Positions 35,186 to 44,488 of a stretch of 64,000 bases of DNA are shown in pieces; the first letter of the stretch is position 1, and every line of letters begins with the position of its first letter. The stretch is from a virus, in the IMG/VR virus record IMGVR_UViG_3300032116_000065, positions 1-64,000 of that record; one strand, given 5' to 3'. The notes beneath the pieces were generated by a model, which saw only the letters and a list, made by a program, of their open reading frames with translations, was not told the origin of the DNA and did no database searches. Position numbers and translations under genes: made by a program.

Positions 35186-37762
35186 TTATTTATCCTTTAA
35201 AGCAGAAGTTGGTGCAGTGAAGTTAGATGTGTAGCGAGCGTAGCCTTTGGTGATGCGAAGATCGTCGATGTAGCCATTATGTAAATAATTTGTATCATAA
35301 TATCCACCAATTACCATATATGTTCCAGTGTAATTGTTTGTGTCTGCTACTGATATTACTTCTGTGCCATTGACATAAAGTTTTGTAGTTCCACTATTTC
35401 TTACTACTGCAGTATGATACCATGTATTTGGTGTAATACTATAACTTGCACTTTCAGAATTACCGTTGCGATAAATTTGCCAAACACCAGTCTGATAACC
35501 AAGTGCTAAATTTGATGTTGATGCTTGCAATCCTCCAGCCGTCGACGATATCTGCCATATTCCTCTATGGTTTGTATCCAACTTATTTACCCAACACTCT
35601 ACCGTAAAATTTCCTGTTCCAAGAGATATTAGCGGATTACTTGGACCAGTATGTACACGATCTCCAGTTCCATCGAAATACATTGATCCAGTCCCATACT
35701 TATACTGTGCAGTGCTTACTTTTGCATCACCCACTGTTTCGAGAACATTTTTCGCTGTTTGATCGAAGATGCCAGCATTGGTGAAGTTGCAGAGTAGAGA
35801 TGTGTTGGCGATGTTTGTTGGTGGTGATGTGATTGTTGGTGCAATTGCAGAACCTTTTATAACACGCAAACCAGATATGTAACCTTTATGAGTCGTTGTA
35901 GAGTTATACTCACTCAATACACCAATGCTGATTGTTTCAGCTGCATTGTTTATCGTTCCTGAAATACTGGTGGTCCCCACAGATACTCCATTCTTATAAA
36001 AAGTTAATGTTGTGCCTGATCTTGTAACAGCAAAATGATCCCATTGTCCTGTTGTGTTAGTAACTGAAGCTGTGTAGTTTTGTGTTCCACCAATATTTGC
36101 GTAAAGACCAATCAATGTAGATTGGATTCTAAAAATCCAAGCTGTGCTGGAACCCCACTGACACACCAATACATTATACTGTGATGCAAAAGTTTCAGTA
36201 TATGCCCAACATTCAATAGTGAAGTCACCAGATCCAAAATCAAATGCGGCATTGTCTGTAATGCGTAAATAATCATCAGTTCCATCAAAATACCCACTCC
36301 CGCCAACATTCGCTGTTGAATATGCAGCTGTTGGAGCAAATGGAGACCATGCTTGAATAGAAACATCACCATTACGAGTGATAGTGAAGTTGTTATTACT
36401 ATTATCTTTGAAACGATTTGATTGGCAAGTAAGCAGCGAGGTGTTGGCGATGGCTGTGAGCAGGGCGGTTGGTGGAGTGAATGTTGATGTATAAACTGCA
36501 GTACCTTTTACCATGCGGAAGTTAGATATATAACCTGTAAAAGTATAACCTAAATTTGTAGGATCGCCGCCTATTCCCAAAGACGCGGTACTGTTTAAGT
36601 TCACGGAATTTGTAACCGAGCCCGTTGATACTCCATTTCTGTATAATACAAGTGATGTACCGCTTCTAACTACAGCTATATGATACCAATTATTAGGAGA
36701 ATATGTTCCCGAAGATTCTGTTATCACTAAAGAACCATTGACCCAAAGTTCTATTCTTCCACTGGTAGAAAGTGTTTGCATTAAAATAGCACCTGAAGCA
36801 CTAAACCCCTTTCCAAATACAGTTGCTACCCCAGTACTTGTTGGTTGCATCCAAAATTCAATAGTAAAATCACCACTTCCCATTTGCAGAGCTGCATTGT
36901 CGGCAACTGTTAAATAATCCCCAGTACCATCAAAAAATGCACTCCATCCAGTTTGACTAAACGGAGAGAAACTACCTTGAGTTGCATTACCATTTCTTGT
37001 AATGGTGAAATTATTATTGCTAGAATCTAAGAATGTGTGGTTGTTTTGATTGTTCGTTCCGTCAGCATGAATCAATAGAACATTATTAGCGAATAATACA
37101 CCTTCTCCAGTTGACGTCGTGACAGTAAACTGTCTCGTGGAGTCTTGATTTTGAGCATCAGTTGCAATCACACTAAACGTATATGTTGTTGCATTACCAG
37201 TTGGTGAACTGACTGTTCCACTGATTAGCCCATTTGCTGCAAGACTAATTCCAGTTGGTAAGGTATTTCCTGCTGCAAGCGCATAAGTGATTGGTGTGTC
37301 ACCTGTGGCAGATAGAGAATAACTCCAGGAAATTAACTCATCTTGCGATGCACTTAAACTTCCTGCTGACGTGACCCATGTTGGCTCACCAGAAATTAAT
37401 AATCCTGGATATAGAATCGCAGTTCCACCATCTTCTGGATTGATCACATAAACAGGATAGGTTCCAGTCGAAAGTGCTGGTGTTGTGAAAGAAATATTGC
37501 TTGCACTGATAAACGATTGAGAAGGTACAGCAGCACCGTTCACAAGAACTTGTGCATTGGCAGCGAAACCAGAACCAGTAATATAAACAGTTTGACCACC
37601 TGTTGAGTTTGCAGCAGTGTCATTGCTTGGATAGATGAGGCTCTTGACTTTCGGACCACCACTAGCACCAGATTGAATTTGAGTCACAACAGTTGTTTGT
37701 AACTGGGTTACACTAATCGTATTCGCTTGAATTGCAGAACCAGGGAGTTTATAGATACTCAT
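35186..37762 (-). CDS. fibre-tip protein: anchor + IPT + Ig-like + three LamG/ConA-like domains
   Basis: Three FDGT.D...FTIE.W...WxH.A..R units. Confidence 0.85.
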   Translation of the reverse strand: MSIYKLPGSAIQANTISVTQLQTTVVTQIQSGASGGPKVKSLIYPSNDTAANSTGGQTVYITGSGFAANAQVLVNGAAVPSQSFISASNISFTTPALSTGTYPVYVINPEDGGTAILYPGLLISGEPTWVTSAGSLSASQDELISWSYSLSATGDTPITYALAAGNTLPTGISLAANGLISGTVSSPTGNATTYTFSVIATDAQNQDSTRQFTVTTSTGEGVLFANNVLLIHADGTNNQNNHTFLDSSNNNFTITRNGNATQGSFSPFSQTGWSAFFDGTGDYLTVADNAALQMGSGDFTIEFWMQPTSTGVATVFGKGFSASGAILMQTLSTSGRIELWVNGSLVITESSGTYSPNNWYHIAVVRSGTSLVLYRNGVSTGSVTNSVNLNSTASLGIGGDPTNLGYTFTGYISNFRMVKGTAVYTSTFTPPTALLTAIANTSLLTCQSNRFKDNSNNNFTITRNGDVSIQAWSPFAPTAAYSTANVGGSGYFDGTDDYLRITDNAAFDFGSGDFTIECWAYTETFASQYNVLVCQWGSSTAWIFRIQSTLIGLYANIGGTQNYTASVTNTTGQWDHFAVTRSGTTLTFYKNGVSVGTTSISGTINNAAETISIGVLSEYNSTTTHKGYISGLRVIKGSAIAPTITSPPTNIANTSLLCNFTNAGIFDQTAKNVLETVGDAKVSTAQYKYGTGSMYFDGTGDRVHTGPSNPLISLGTGNFTVECWVNKLDTNHRGIWQISSTAGGLQASTSNLALGYQTGVWQIYRNGNSESASYSITPNTWYHTAVVRNSGTTKLYVNGTEVISVADTNNYTGTYMVIGGYYDTNYLHNGYIDDLRITKGYARYTSNFTAPTSALKDK

Positions 37763-40329
37763 TATTTGTCCTTCAACGCAGAAGTTGGCGCTGTGAAGTT
37801 TGATGTGTAGCGAGCATAGCCTTTGGTGATGCGAAGATCGTCTAAGAATCCATTTAATGATCTAGTATTACTTGCATCTGAAGCGCCTATGACAGAATAA
37901 TTTGTGCCACCATTATATGCATTTGTGTTTGTTGCAGTTGATCCAATTTGAACGCCGTCTACAAATGCTCTTAGTGAACTTCCTGATCTGCACCATGCAA
38001 TGTGATACCAAGTATTAATACTTGGCGACCATGAAAAGTTACTATCGAATGCTGTGTTGTATCTGCCGATAACTAAACCTACACCAGTTCTGTAAAGAAT
38101 ATCATAGGCTCCTGTTGTGCCATCAGATCCCAATATTGCTTGATCTGCGCCAACGGTATTGAAGCGCACCCAAGTTTCAACTGTGAAATCGCCAGATCCA
38201 AAATTTAATAGAGTTGCATTCTTGGTTATCTTGATATAATCACCAGTACCATCAAACGAAATAGAACCAGTACCATACTTAAATTGCGCAGTGCTAACTT
38301 TGGCATCACCGACTGTTTCAATTACATTCTTCGCTGTTTGGTCGAAGATGCCAGCGTTGGTGAAGTTGAGAAGTAAAGATGTATTAGCAATGTTTGTTGG
38401 TGGTGCTGTTGGTGGAGTAAACGCAGAAGTATAAACAGCAGTACCTTTCACAATTCGAAGACCTGACAGGTATCCATTTAGAGGATTAACTCCCGCAGAT
38501 GGTCCTGCGCCCACACCTAAATTAGAGGCACTATTCATTAAAGTCGTTGAGTTAGTGACAGTTGTAATCAAACTGCCATTCGTGAATAATCGTATCGAAC
38601 TTCCACTTCTCGTTAATGCAATATGAAACCATTGACCTGTTGCCATTGTTCCAAAAGAACTGCCGCTCAAAACATCCCATGTAGATCCAGAACTAGCGTA
38701 TGCTATGAGACTACCTGACGACAGGAAAATCAGATAGGGACTGATAGCTGCAGCATTCCATCCTTTATCAACAACAATTTGTGTGCCTGATACAGAATTG
38801 AAATATACCCAAAATTCAATAGTAAAATCAGTAAATGATTCTAATGCGACATTATCTGGTACTGACAGATAATCTCCAGTCCCATCAAAATACCCACCAC
38901 CACCCACATTTGCTGTTGAATACTCAGCAGTTGGAGCAAATGGAGACCATGCTTGAATAGAAGTATCACCATTGCGTGTGATTGTGAAGTTGTTATTGCT
39001 ATTGTCTATAAATCGATTTGATTGCAGTGTAAGTAATGCCGTATTGGCATCTGAAGTAAATTGTGTTGTTGATGGTGTGAAATTGGCTGTATATCTTGCA
39101 CTATTTGAAACTCTTAAATTAGAAATATATCCTGGCCAATTTTCAGTAGTGCCTGAAGTCCAAGAACCAATATATCCCGTTGATCCACTAAATCCTACAT
39201 TGGTTGTTGTATCTAAAACCTTTGTTCCACCAATAAAACCAAACACATTAGAAGATTGTCGAACAACTGCCACGTGAACCCATGTATTTTGAACTAGATT
39301 AGTTGCAGCTGTTGCTGCAGAAAAACCATAAAAACGAAGTTTTCCTGCATCTAATAACATTCCTAAACTAGTACTGGTTACAAAAATATCATGAAAACCA
39401 GAGTGATTTCCTGTGTAATATACCCATGCTTCAATTGTTAATGGTCCAGTTCCTATAGAAGATAATGTTGATCCAGGACTATAAGTTAGATAGTCTCCAG
39501 TTCCATCAAAATATCCACTCCATCCAGTTTGACTAAATGGACTAAATGTTCCTTGAGTTGCATTACCGTTTCTAGTAATAGTGAAGTTATTATTCGAAGA
39601 ATCCAAGAATGTATGATTGTTTTGATTATTCGTTCCGTCAGCATGAATCAATAAAACATTATTCGCAAACAACACACCTTCGCCTGTTGATGTTGTAACA
39701 GTAAATTGTCTTGTAGAATCTTGATTCTGTGCATCGGTTGCGACAACACTAAATGTATAGGTTGTTGTATTGCCTGATGGAGATGTGATTGTTCCACTGA
39801 TCAATCCATTTGCAGCAAGAGAAACTCCTGTTGGTAGTGAACTCCCAGCAGCAAGAGCATAAGTGATTGGAGCATCACCAGTTGCAGATAGAGAATAACT
39901 CCATGCGCTGAGTTCATCTTGCGATTCACTCAAACTTCCAGCAGCAGTCGCCCATGCAGGCTCAGCAGAAGAAATATAACCTGGAACAAAAATTGCAGTT
40001 GCACCAGAGTCTGTGTTGATCACATAAACTGGATAAATGCCTGCGGATAATGCTGGTGTTGTGAAAGAAATATTGCTTGCGCTGATGAATGACTTTGAAG
40101 GAACGGCATTACCGTTGATATAAATGGCATTATTTGTTTCGAAACCAGCACCGTTGATATAAACAGTTTGACCACCGACAGTGTTACCTGCTGTGTCATT
40201 TCCAGGATAGATCAAACTAGAGACGCGAGGTCCACCACCCGCAGAGATCTGATTCACCACAATTGTCGACAACTGCGTTGTTGTAATCGTATTTGCTACA
40301 ATTGCTGTTCCTGGTAATTTTTCTGCCAT
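37762..40329 (-). CDS. tandem paralog: anchor + IPT + Ig-like + three LamG/ConA-like domains
   Basis: Same architecture; identical C-terminus DDLRITKGYARYTSNFTAPTSALKDK. Confidence 0.85.
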   Translation of the reverse strand: MAEKLPGTAIVANTITTTQLSTIVVNQISAGGGPRVSSLIYPGNDTAGNTVGGQTVYINGAGFETNNAIYINGNAVPSKSFISASNISFTTPALSAGIYPVYVINTDSGATAIFVPGYISSAEPAWATAAGSLSESQDELSAWSYSLSATGDAPITYALAAGSSLPTGVSLAANGLISGTITSPSGNTTTYTFSVVATDAQNQDSTRQFTVTTSTGEGVLFANNVLLIHADGTNNQNNHTFLDSSNNNFTITRNGNATQGTFSPFSQTGWSGYFDGTGDYLTYSPGSTLSSIGTGPLTIEAWVYYTGNHSGFHDIFVTSTSLGMLLDAGKLRFYGFSAATAATNLVQNTWVHVAVVRQSSNVFGFIGGTKVLDTTTNVGFSGSTGYIGSWTSGTTENWPGYISNLRVSNSARYTANFTPSTTQFTSDANTALLTLQSNRFIDNSNNNFTITRNGDTSIQAWSPFAPTAEYSTANVGGGGYFDGTGDYLSVPDNVALESFTDFTIEFWVYFNSVSGTQIVVDKGWNAAAISPYLIFLSSGSLIAYASSGSTWDVLSGSSFGTMATGQWFHIALTRSGSSIRLFTNGSLITTVTNSTTLMNSASNLGVGAGPSAGVNPLNGYLSGLRIVKGTAVYTSAFTPPTAPPTNIANTSLLLNFTNAGIFDQTAKNVIETVGDAKVSTAQFKYGTGSISFDGTGDYIKITKNATLLNFGSGDFTVETWVRFNTVGADQAILGSDGTTGAYDILYRTGVGLVIGRYNTAFDSNFSWSPSINTWYHIAWCRSGSSLRAFVDGVQIGSTATNTNAYNGGTNYSVIGASDASNTRSLNGFLDDLRITKGYARYTSNFTAPTSALKDK

Positions 40330-40341
40330 TTTCTTTTCCGA

Positions 40342-40443
40342 TTATCCGTTAAGTTTGGTAATAATAATACCAGAGCCGCCAGATCCACCATAAGAGGCGA
40401 AAGAAGCATCACCATCTGCACCGCCTTTTAGTTTTCTTGCCAT
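40342..40443 (-). pseudogene. 33-aa chimeric relic of a deleted three-gene cassette
   Basis: MARKLKGGA (start of 34989-35183) fused to GDASF.SYGGSGGSGI.I.KLNG (end of 32949-34655). Confidence 0.8.
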
Positions 40444-40447
40444 TTAT

Positions 40448-41062
40448 TTAGTTATAGATCTGCCCCACCTCGAGAGCAGTTAGATTCTCTTCCGAACCTA
40501 TTAATCCTTTTGCAAAAGTATTAAACGAAAGACTGACACGAGTTTGTTCGGCTTGTACTACATTTACTGAGTGTCTTAGCGAGGAAGGAAAAATCACTAA
40601 TCTTCCTTGAGTGGCTTCTAACCACCAAGTTTTTGAATTGTAGAGATTGAAATTATCTGTCGGAAAGGAAATCTGATCATAATGATTTTTTTCAAAGTAA
40701 ATTCGATCTTTTGAATTATCTGTTTGCACATAGAAAACACCAGAAAGAAATGAGTTTGGATGCTCATGTGCATGATGCCATTGCCCTGGTTTACTATAAT
40801 TAACCCAAGACTGCGTGATATACAAATTTACATCTTTTGATGGTGCAACAACTTCCTGAAAATAGGTATCAATGGAAGTCTGAATAAAAGCGCGGAGATC
40901 TTTAAGTTCTTCTTTTCGAAGAATAAATCTATCCGCGCTTGTTGTATTGCCCATGTTGGGCTTCATTTCAAGATCTAATAGAGCACCTTTCTCAATTTCA
41001 GTTAAATCTCGACCCAGATGAAACATTCCAACCGCAGTCGGAAATAATGATATAATTTGCAT
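40448..41062 (-). CDS. putative 2OG-Fe(II) oxygenase (TIGR02466-like)
   Basis: SWVN...HEHPNSFLSGVFY...IFPSSLRHSV...RVSLSFN. Confidence 0.85.
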   Translation of the reverse strand: MQIISLFPTAVGMFHLGRDLTEIEKGALLDLEMKPNMGNTTSADRFILRKEELKDLRAFIQTSIDTYFQEVVAPSKDVNLYITQSWVNYSKPGQWHHAHEHPNSFLSGVFYVQTDNSKDRIYFEKNHYDQISFPTDNFNLYNSKTWWLEATQGRLVIFPSSLRHSVNVVQAEQTRVSLSFNTFAKGLIGSEENLTALEVGQIYN

Positions 41063-41087
41063 AATATAACTCCATGATTAAAATAGA

Positions 41088-41456
41088 TCAAGCTGGAACA
41101 GAATCCTCTTCCCAAGAAAGAGTTGACTCGTTCCAAATATATGCTTTCCCATCATCTGGCTTTGCAACTGGTGCTTCCCAATCCGCTGTCGTGTTATTCA
41201 ACGTCCAAGATACAAATGGTTTTGGTGGAACAAATGCATCGAGTTCTGCATTGTATGCAAAACCGATACCAGCATAACGCTTGCGCATATTTCCGTTGTA
41301 AGAAGTTTGCTTCCATGTGCCGCCAAGTAGACGTTCACAGAATGCTGCACCGATGTGTTCTTTCTCAACACCGTGCGCATCAGATGTGTCATCATTACCG
41401 ACAACAATAACTCTCTTTACAACATTATTTTCATCTAACTCTGCAAAGTGTGCCAT
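41088..41456 (-). CDS. tail-fibre-associated protein (MAHFAEL...WKQTSYN family)
   Basis: Recurrent motif next to glycine-rich genes. Confidence 0.75.
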   Translation of the reverse strand: MAHFAELDENNVVKRVIVVGNDDTSDAHGVEKEHIGAAFCERLLGGTWKQTSYNGNMRKRYAGIGFAYNAELDAFVPPKPFVSWTLNNTTADWEAPVAKPDDGKAYIWNESTLSWEEDSVPA

Positions 41457-41462
41457 ATTACA

Positions 41463-41744
41463 TTACTCCTTAGATTTGTACTCGTTCACTTCTTCGAAAT
41501 CTTCAGACTCAAAAACGCCTGTGATTTCCTGAATTTGTTTTTTCGTCCAGATTGTATTTATTGAATCTTCAAACTGCTTAATCTTTTCCATCGTATCATC
41601 TATTTCTTCCCACGTTGGCTGCGGTCTCTCGTCTTCCCAAATTGTTATATCACGATTGCTGATTTCCCAACGAGCACCTGGACGAAGTAGGTGCATTGCT
41701 GTGTTGATTCCATATAACTGATATATTTTTACTTCTTCATTCAT
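41463..41744 (-). CDS. XkdW-like small fibre-associated protein
   Basis: LRPGARW...W.D.R.QPT.EEI. Confidence 0.6.
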   Translation of the reverse strand: MNEEVKIYQLYGINTAMHLLRPGARWEISNRDITIWEDERPQPTWEEIDDTMEKIKQFEDSINTIWTKKQIQEITGVFESEDFEEVNEYKSKE

Positions 41745-41759
41745 AAAGTCACTCCAAGT

Positions 41760-43385
41760 TTACGGATTAAATTTTAAAATTACAATACCAGAAGACCCTC
41801 TACCTGCGGGATTTCCACCGCCGCCACCGCCACCAAGATTGTCAATTGCATTATTTCCTGCTGTTGTTGGTGCTGCTGGTCCTGCTCCACCATCTCCACC
41901 ACCTGATGGTCCTCCTATTGCTCTCGGTAGAGCACCTGTGTGTCCACCACCACCACCACCAAAGTACACATTGTACAATGTGCCACCTGCAATAAATGGA
42001 CAAATAATGCCAATTCCACCATTACCTGTTGCAGTTGGTGTTGCTGGGCTTGTGCTACCACCCACAGCGCCAGCGCCACCGCCTCCACCACCAGGATTTG
42101 GTCCACCAGTCGCATTGCCACCATTGTTTCCTTGTGATGGATAAACTGACGGAATATTTCCAGATCCTGCACTGGCTGTTGGTCCACCTGCTGTTCTTCC
42201 ACCGCCGCTTCCACCTGAACCACCTTGACCACGAGCATCGTTTGGAGTTCCTCCAGGTTGTCCAGGTGTTCCACCAGCACCACCGCCAGCAGAGGTAATA
42301 GTCCCAAATACACTATTTGTACCACTTGCACCTGAACCAGTGTCATATGGTGTTGCTGGATATCCTCCAGCTCCGCCAGCACCAATAGTAATTGTATAAG
42401 CATTGCCAGCAGTTAGTGGGTAATTAGAACCGAATCTAACACCACCAGCACCGCCACCACCGCCATACCAACCGCCTCCACCGCCGCCAGCAACAACAAA
42501 ATAATCGCAACTTGTGATACCAGTCGGACCAATAAATGAACTTGTGTTTACAAAAGCAACAACGCCTGTTCTTGACATAGAATATCTGAGAATAACAGTT
42601 CCAGAACCACCAGAACCACCAGCTGAACCACCATTCGGACCATACCCACCGCCGCCTCCGCCTCCGCCAAAGTTGGCAGTACCAGAACCACCTGGATATC
42701 CTGCTCCACCGCCAGGAGAAATTCCACCTTGACTTCCTGCGTTTGGATCTAGTGGAGTTCCGCCACCACCAGCACCATATCCACGCGCAGTACCAGTGAT
42801 TGATGACATTGCATTTTGTCCATTCGGACCGCCAGCACCACCACCACGACCTGTGCCTGGTGTTGCACTATATCCTTGTGCTGGACTATAAACGTTTGGT
42901 AGATTTCCTAATCCAGCAGGTGCGCCGCCAGAACCACCATTTTGTGGACCAGGTGCACCTGCGCCTCCACCATCTGTTTGTATTCCACCAGGAGTTGCAG
43001 GTGAGATACCAAAAAATGATGATGATCCAATGCTCCCGCCTCCACCACCCGCACCAATTGTAATAGTGTACAGATTATTTGCTGTAACTGCGTATCCAGA
43101 CCCTACTCTAAATCCACCACCGCCAGCACCAAATCCTGGGTTAAGATATGCACCTGCGCCACCACCACCACCGCCAGCAAGAACTAGATACTCGACAGTA
43201 GTAACACCATCTGGGCAACGCCACACAGATGATGAATTAAAATTTTGCACTACAGTTATTGCAGTAGAATCTGTGATGTATCCATATGTGCGAAAGAATG
43301 TGATATCATCAAGTGACCAAATACCTGCAACGTTTGCTGCAGTGGAACTAGCAATTCTTCTTGCGCCAATAAAACGTGTTGTCAT
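41760..43385 (-). CDS. adhesin-like protein with two glycine-rich domains
   Basis: GIWSL N-terminal motif; two Gly-rich units. Confidence 0.85.
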   Translation of the reverse strand: MTTRFIGARRIASSTAANVAGIWSLDDITFFRTYGYITDSTAITVVQNFNSSSVWRCPDGVTTVEYLVLAGGGGGGAGAYLNPGFGAGGGGFRVGSGYAVTANNLYTITIGAGGGGGSIGSSSFFGISPATPGGIQTDGGGAGAPGPQNGGSGGAPAGLGNLPNVYSPAQGYSATPGTGRGGGAGGPNGQNAMSSITGTARGYGAGGGGTPLDPNAGSQGGISPGGGAGYPGGSGTANFGGGGGGGGYGPNGGSAGGSGGSGTVILRYSMSRTGVVAFVNTSSFIGPTGITSCDYFVVAGGGGGGWYGGGGGAGGVRFGSNYPLTAGNAYTITIGAGGAGGYPATPYDTGSGASGTNSVFGTITSAGGGAGGTPGQPGGTPNDARGQGGSGGSGGGRTAGGPTASAGSGNIPSVYPSQGNNGGNATGGPNPGGGGGGAGAVGGSTSPATPTATGNGGIGIICPFIAGGTLYNVYFGGGGGGHTGALPRAIGGPSGGGDGGAGPAAPTTAGNNAIDNLGGGGGGGNPAGRGSSGIVILKFNP

Positions 43386-43708
43386 GTCATTTCCAAAATG
43401 CTTACTGTAACATCTAGATGATTATTTGAAGAAGCAGTTCCAAAAATATAATCATTTGCTTCTAAAACTAATTTACCTGTCAAAAAGGTTGTTGCTGCAT
43501 CTGCAGGAACAGGAACAGTATATACTAGAGCCTTTGCTGCTGCTTCACTAGAATCATAAACGTACATAGTTACGTCGGCAGAGTTAGCACCATCTTTGTT
43601 TGCAATTTGTCCCATGATAACAATAGATGTTGCATTCGCAGGACAAACATAAACATTAGCATTAGCTGTTGTTAGTGATGCTGCTCGTAACTTAAATACT
43701 TGTGCCAT
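43382..43708 (-). CDS. about 110-aa adaptor-like protein
   Basis: VYVCP...QIAN...VP.D....GKLVLE..D...SILEMT. Confidence 0.8.
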   Translation of the reverse strand: MAQVFKLRAASLTTANANVYVCPANATSIVIMGQIANKDGANSADVTMYVYDSSEAAAKALVYTVPVPADAATTFLTGKLVLEANDYIFGTASSNNHLDVTVSILEMT

Positions 43709-43720
43709 TTTATTCTCCGA

Positions 43721-43912
43721 TTAGGATAATGCAATCACTAAACCAAGAGAAACACCACTTTCTGCTGCTGTTGTTGCGCTATTTGCTTGAGCATAAGCCG
43801 CATTTGCAGTTGCAAGAGCAGCATAAACTTGCGCCCATGTTGCAGAGTTCATCTGAGTGTCGGTAATAGTATTTGATGCAATTGCATCGCCAGGTAATAG
43901 ATTGATTGCCAT
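43721..43912 (-). CDS. short stalk protein: anchor + coil + hydrophobic tail LGLVIALS
   Basis: Paralog of 34989-35183. Confidence 0.75.
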   Translation of the reverse strand: MAINLLPGDAIASNTITDTQMNSATWAQVYAALATANAAYAQANSATTAAESGVSLGLVIALS

Positions 43913-43914
43913 TT

Positions 43915-44487
43915 TTAACCTACATTAAAACTTAAACTAATTCTTTCCGTTTTAGTCGGTAGAGTTCGGTGCAACATATGACTCATAAAGACCATTCCTC
44001 TACCCACATTGCTATTTATTTCTACGTTATGGCAGTTATTTAAATTATATTCTGTATAATTCGGAAGTTTTGGTTGCATAAAATGCCATGGTGCTTGGAA
44101 AACAAAATCTTTTTCTTCTGAACTTTGCAGCCAAAATACCCCAGAAATCATAGAATCATGATGATTATGTAAATCTTGATAACCACCTTCTTCATATAGA
44201 TTTAACCAACTATCTAAAATACTCAATTTAGAACAATCGATTTTCATTTGTTCGCAATAAACATAAACAAGATTACCAAGAAATTGCTTAATCCCTGAAA
44301 ATTCTGACAATTCTAAAATATCACTTTTAGTTCGAACCGTGCTTATACATTTACTATGAAATGGTGTTTCTGCATTTTTTAATAATATTTCTTTAGAAAT
44401 AGAAATTAAATTTTCTGTAATTAAACCTCTTTCTTCTTTAAACATAACATTACAAGGAAAAAGCATCAACATATTAAAATCATTCAT
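43915..44487 (-). CDS. putative 2OG-Fe(II) oxygenase (TIGR02466-like; start MNDFNM)
   Basis: SWLN...HNH...ISGVFW...F.S..LH...RISLSFN; AT-richer than its neighbours. Confidence 0.8.
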   Translation of the reverse strand: MNDFNMLMLFPCNVMFKEERGLITENLISISKEILLKNAETPFHSKCISTVRTKSDILELSEFSGIKQFLGNLVYVYCEQMKIDCSKLSILDSWLNLYEEGGYQDLHNHHDSMISGVFWLQSSEEKDFVFQAPWHFMQPKLPNYTEYNLNNCHNVEINSNVGRGMVFMSHMLHRTLPTKTERISLSFNVG

Positions 44488-44488
44488 A

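Noticed and set aside
40325-40425. Possible DGR template/variable repeat pair with 32932-33032
   Set aside because: The mismatches include C/T changes and are not adenine-specific, and no reverse transcriptase is present; a deletion scar fits better
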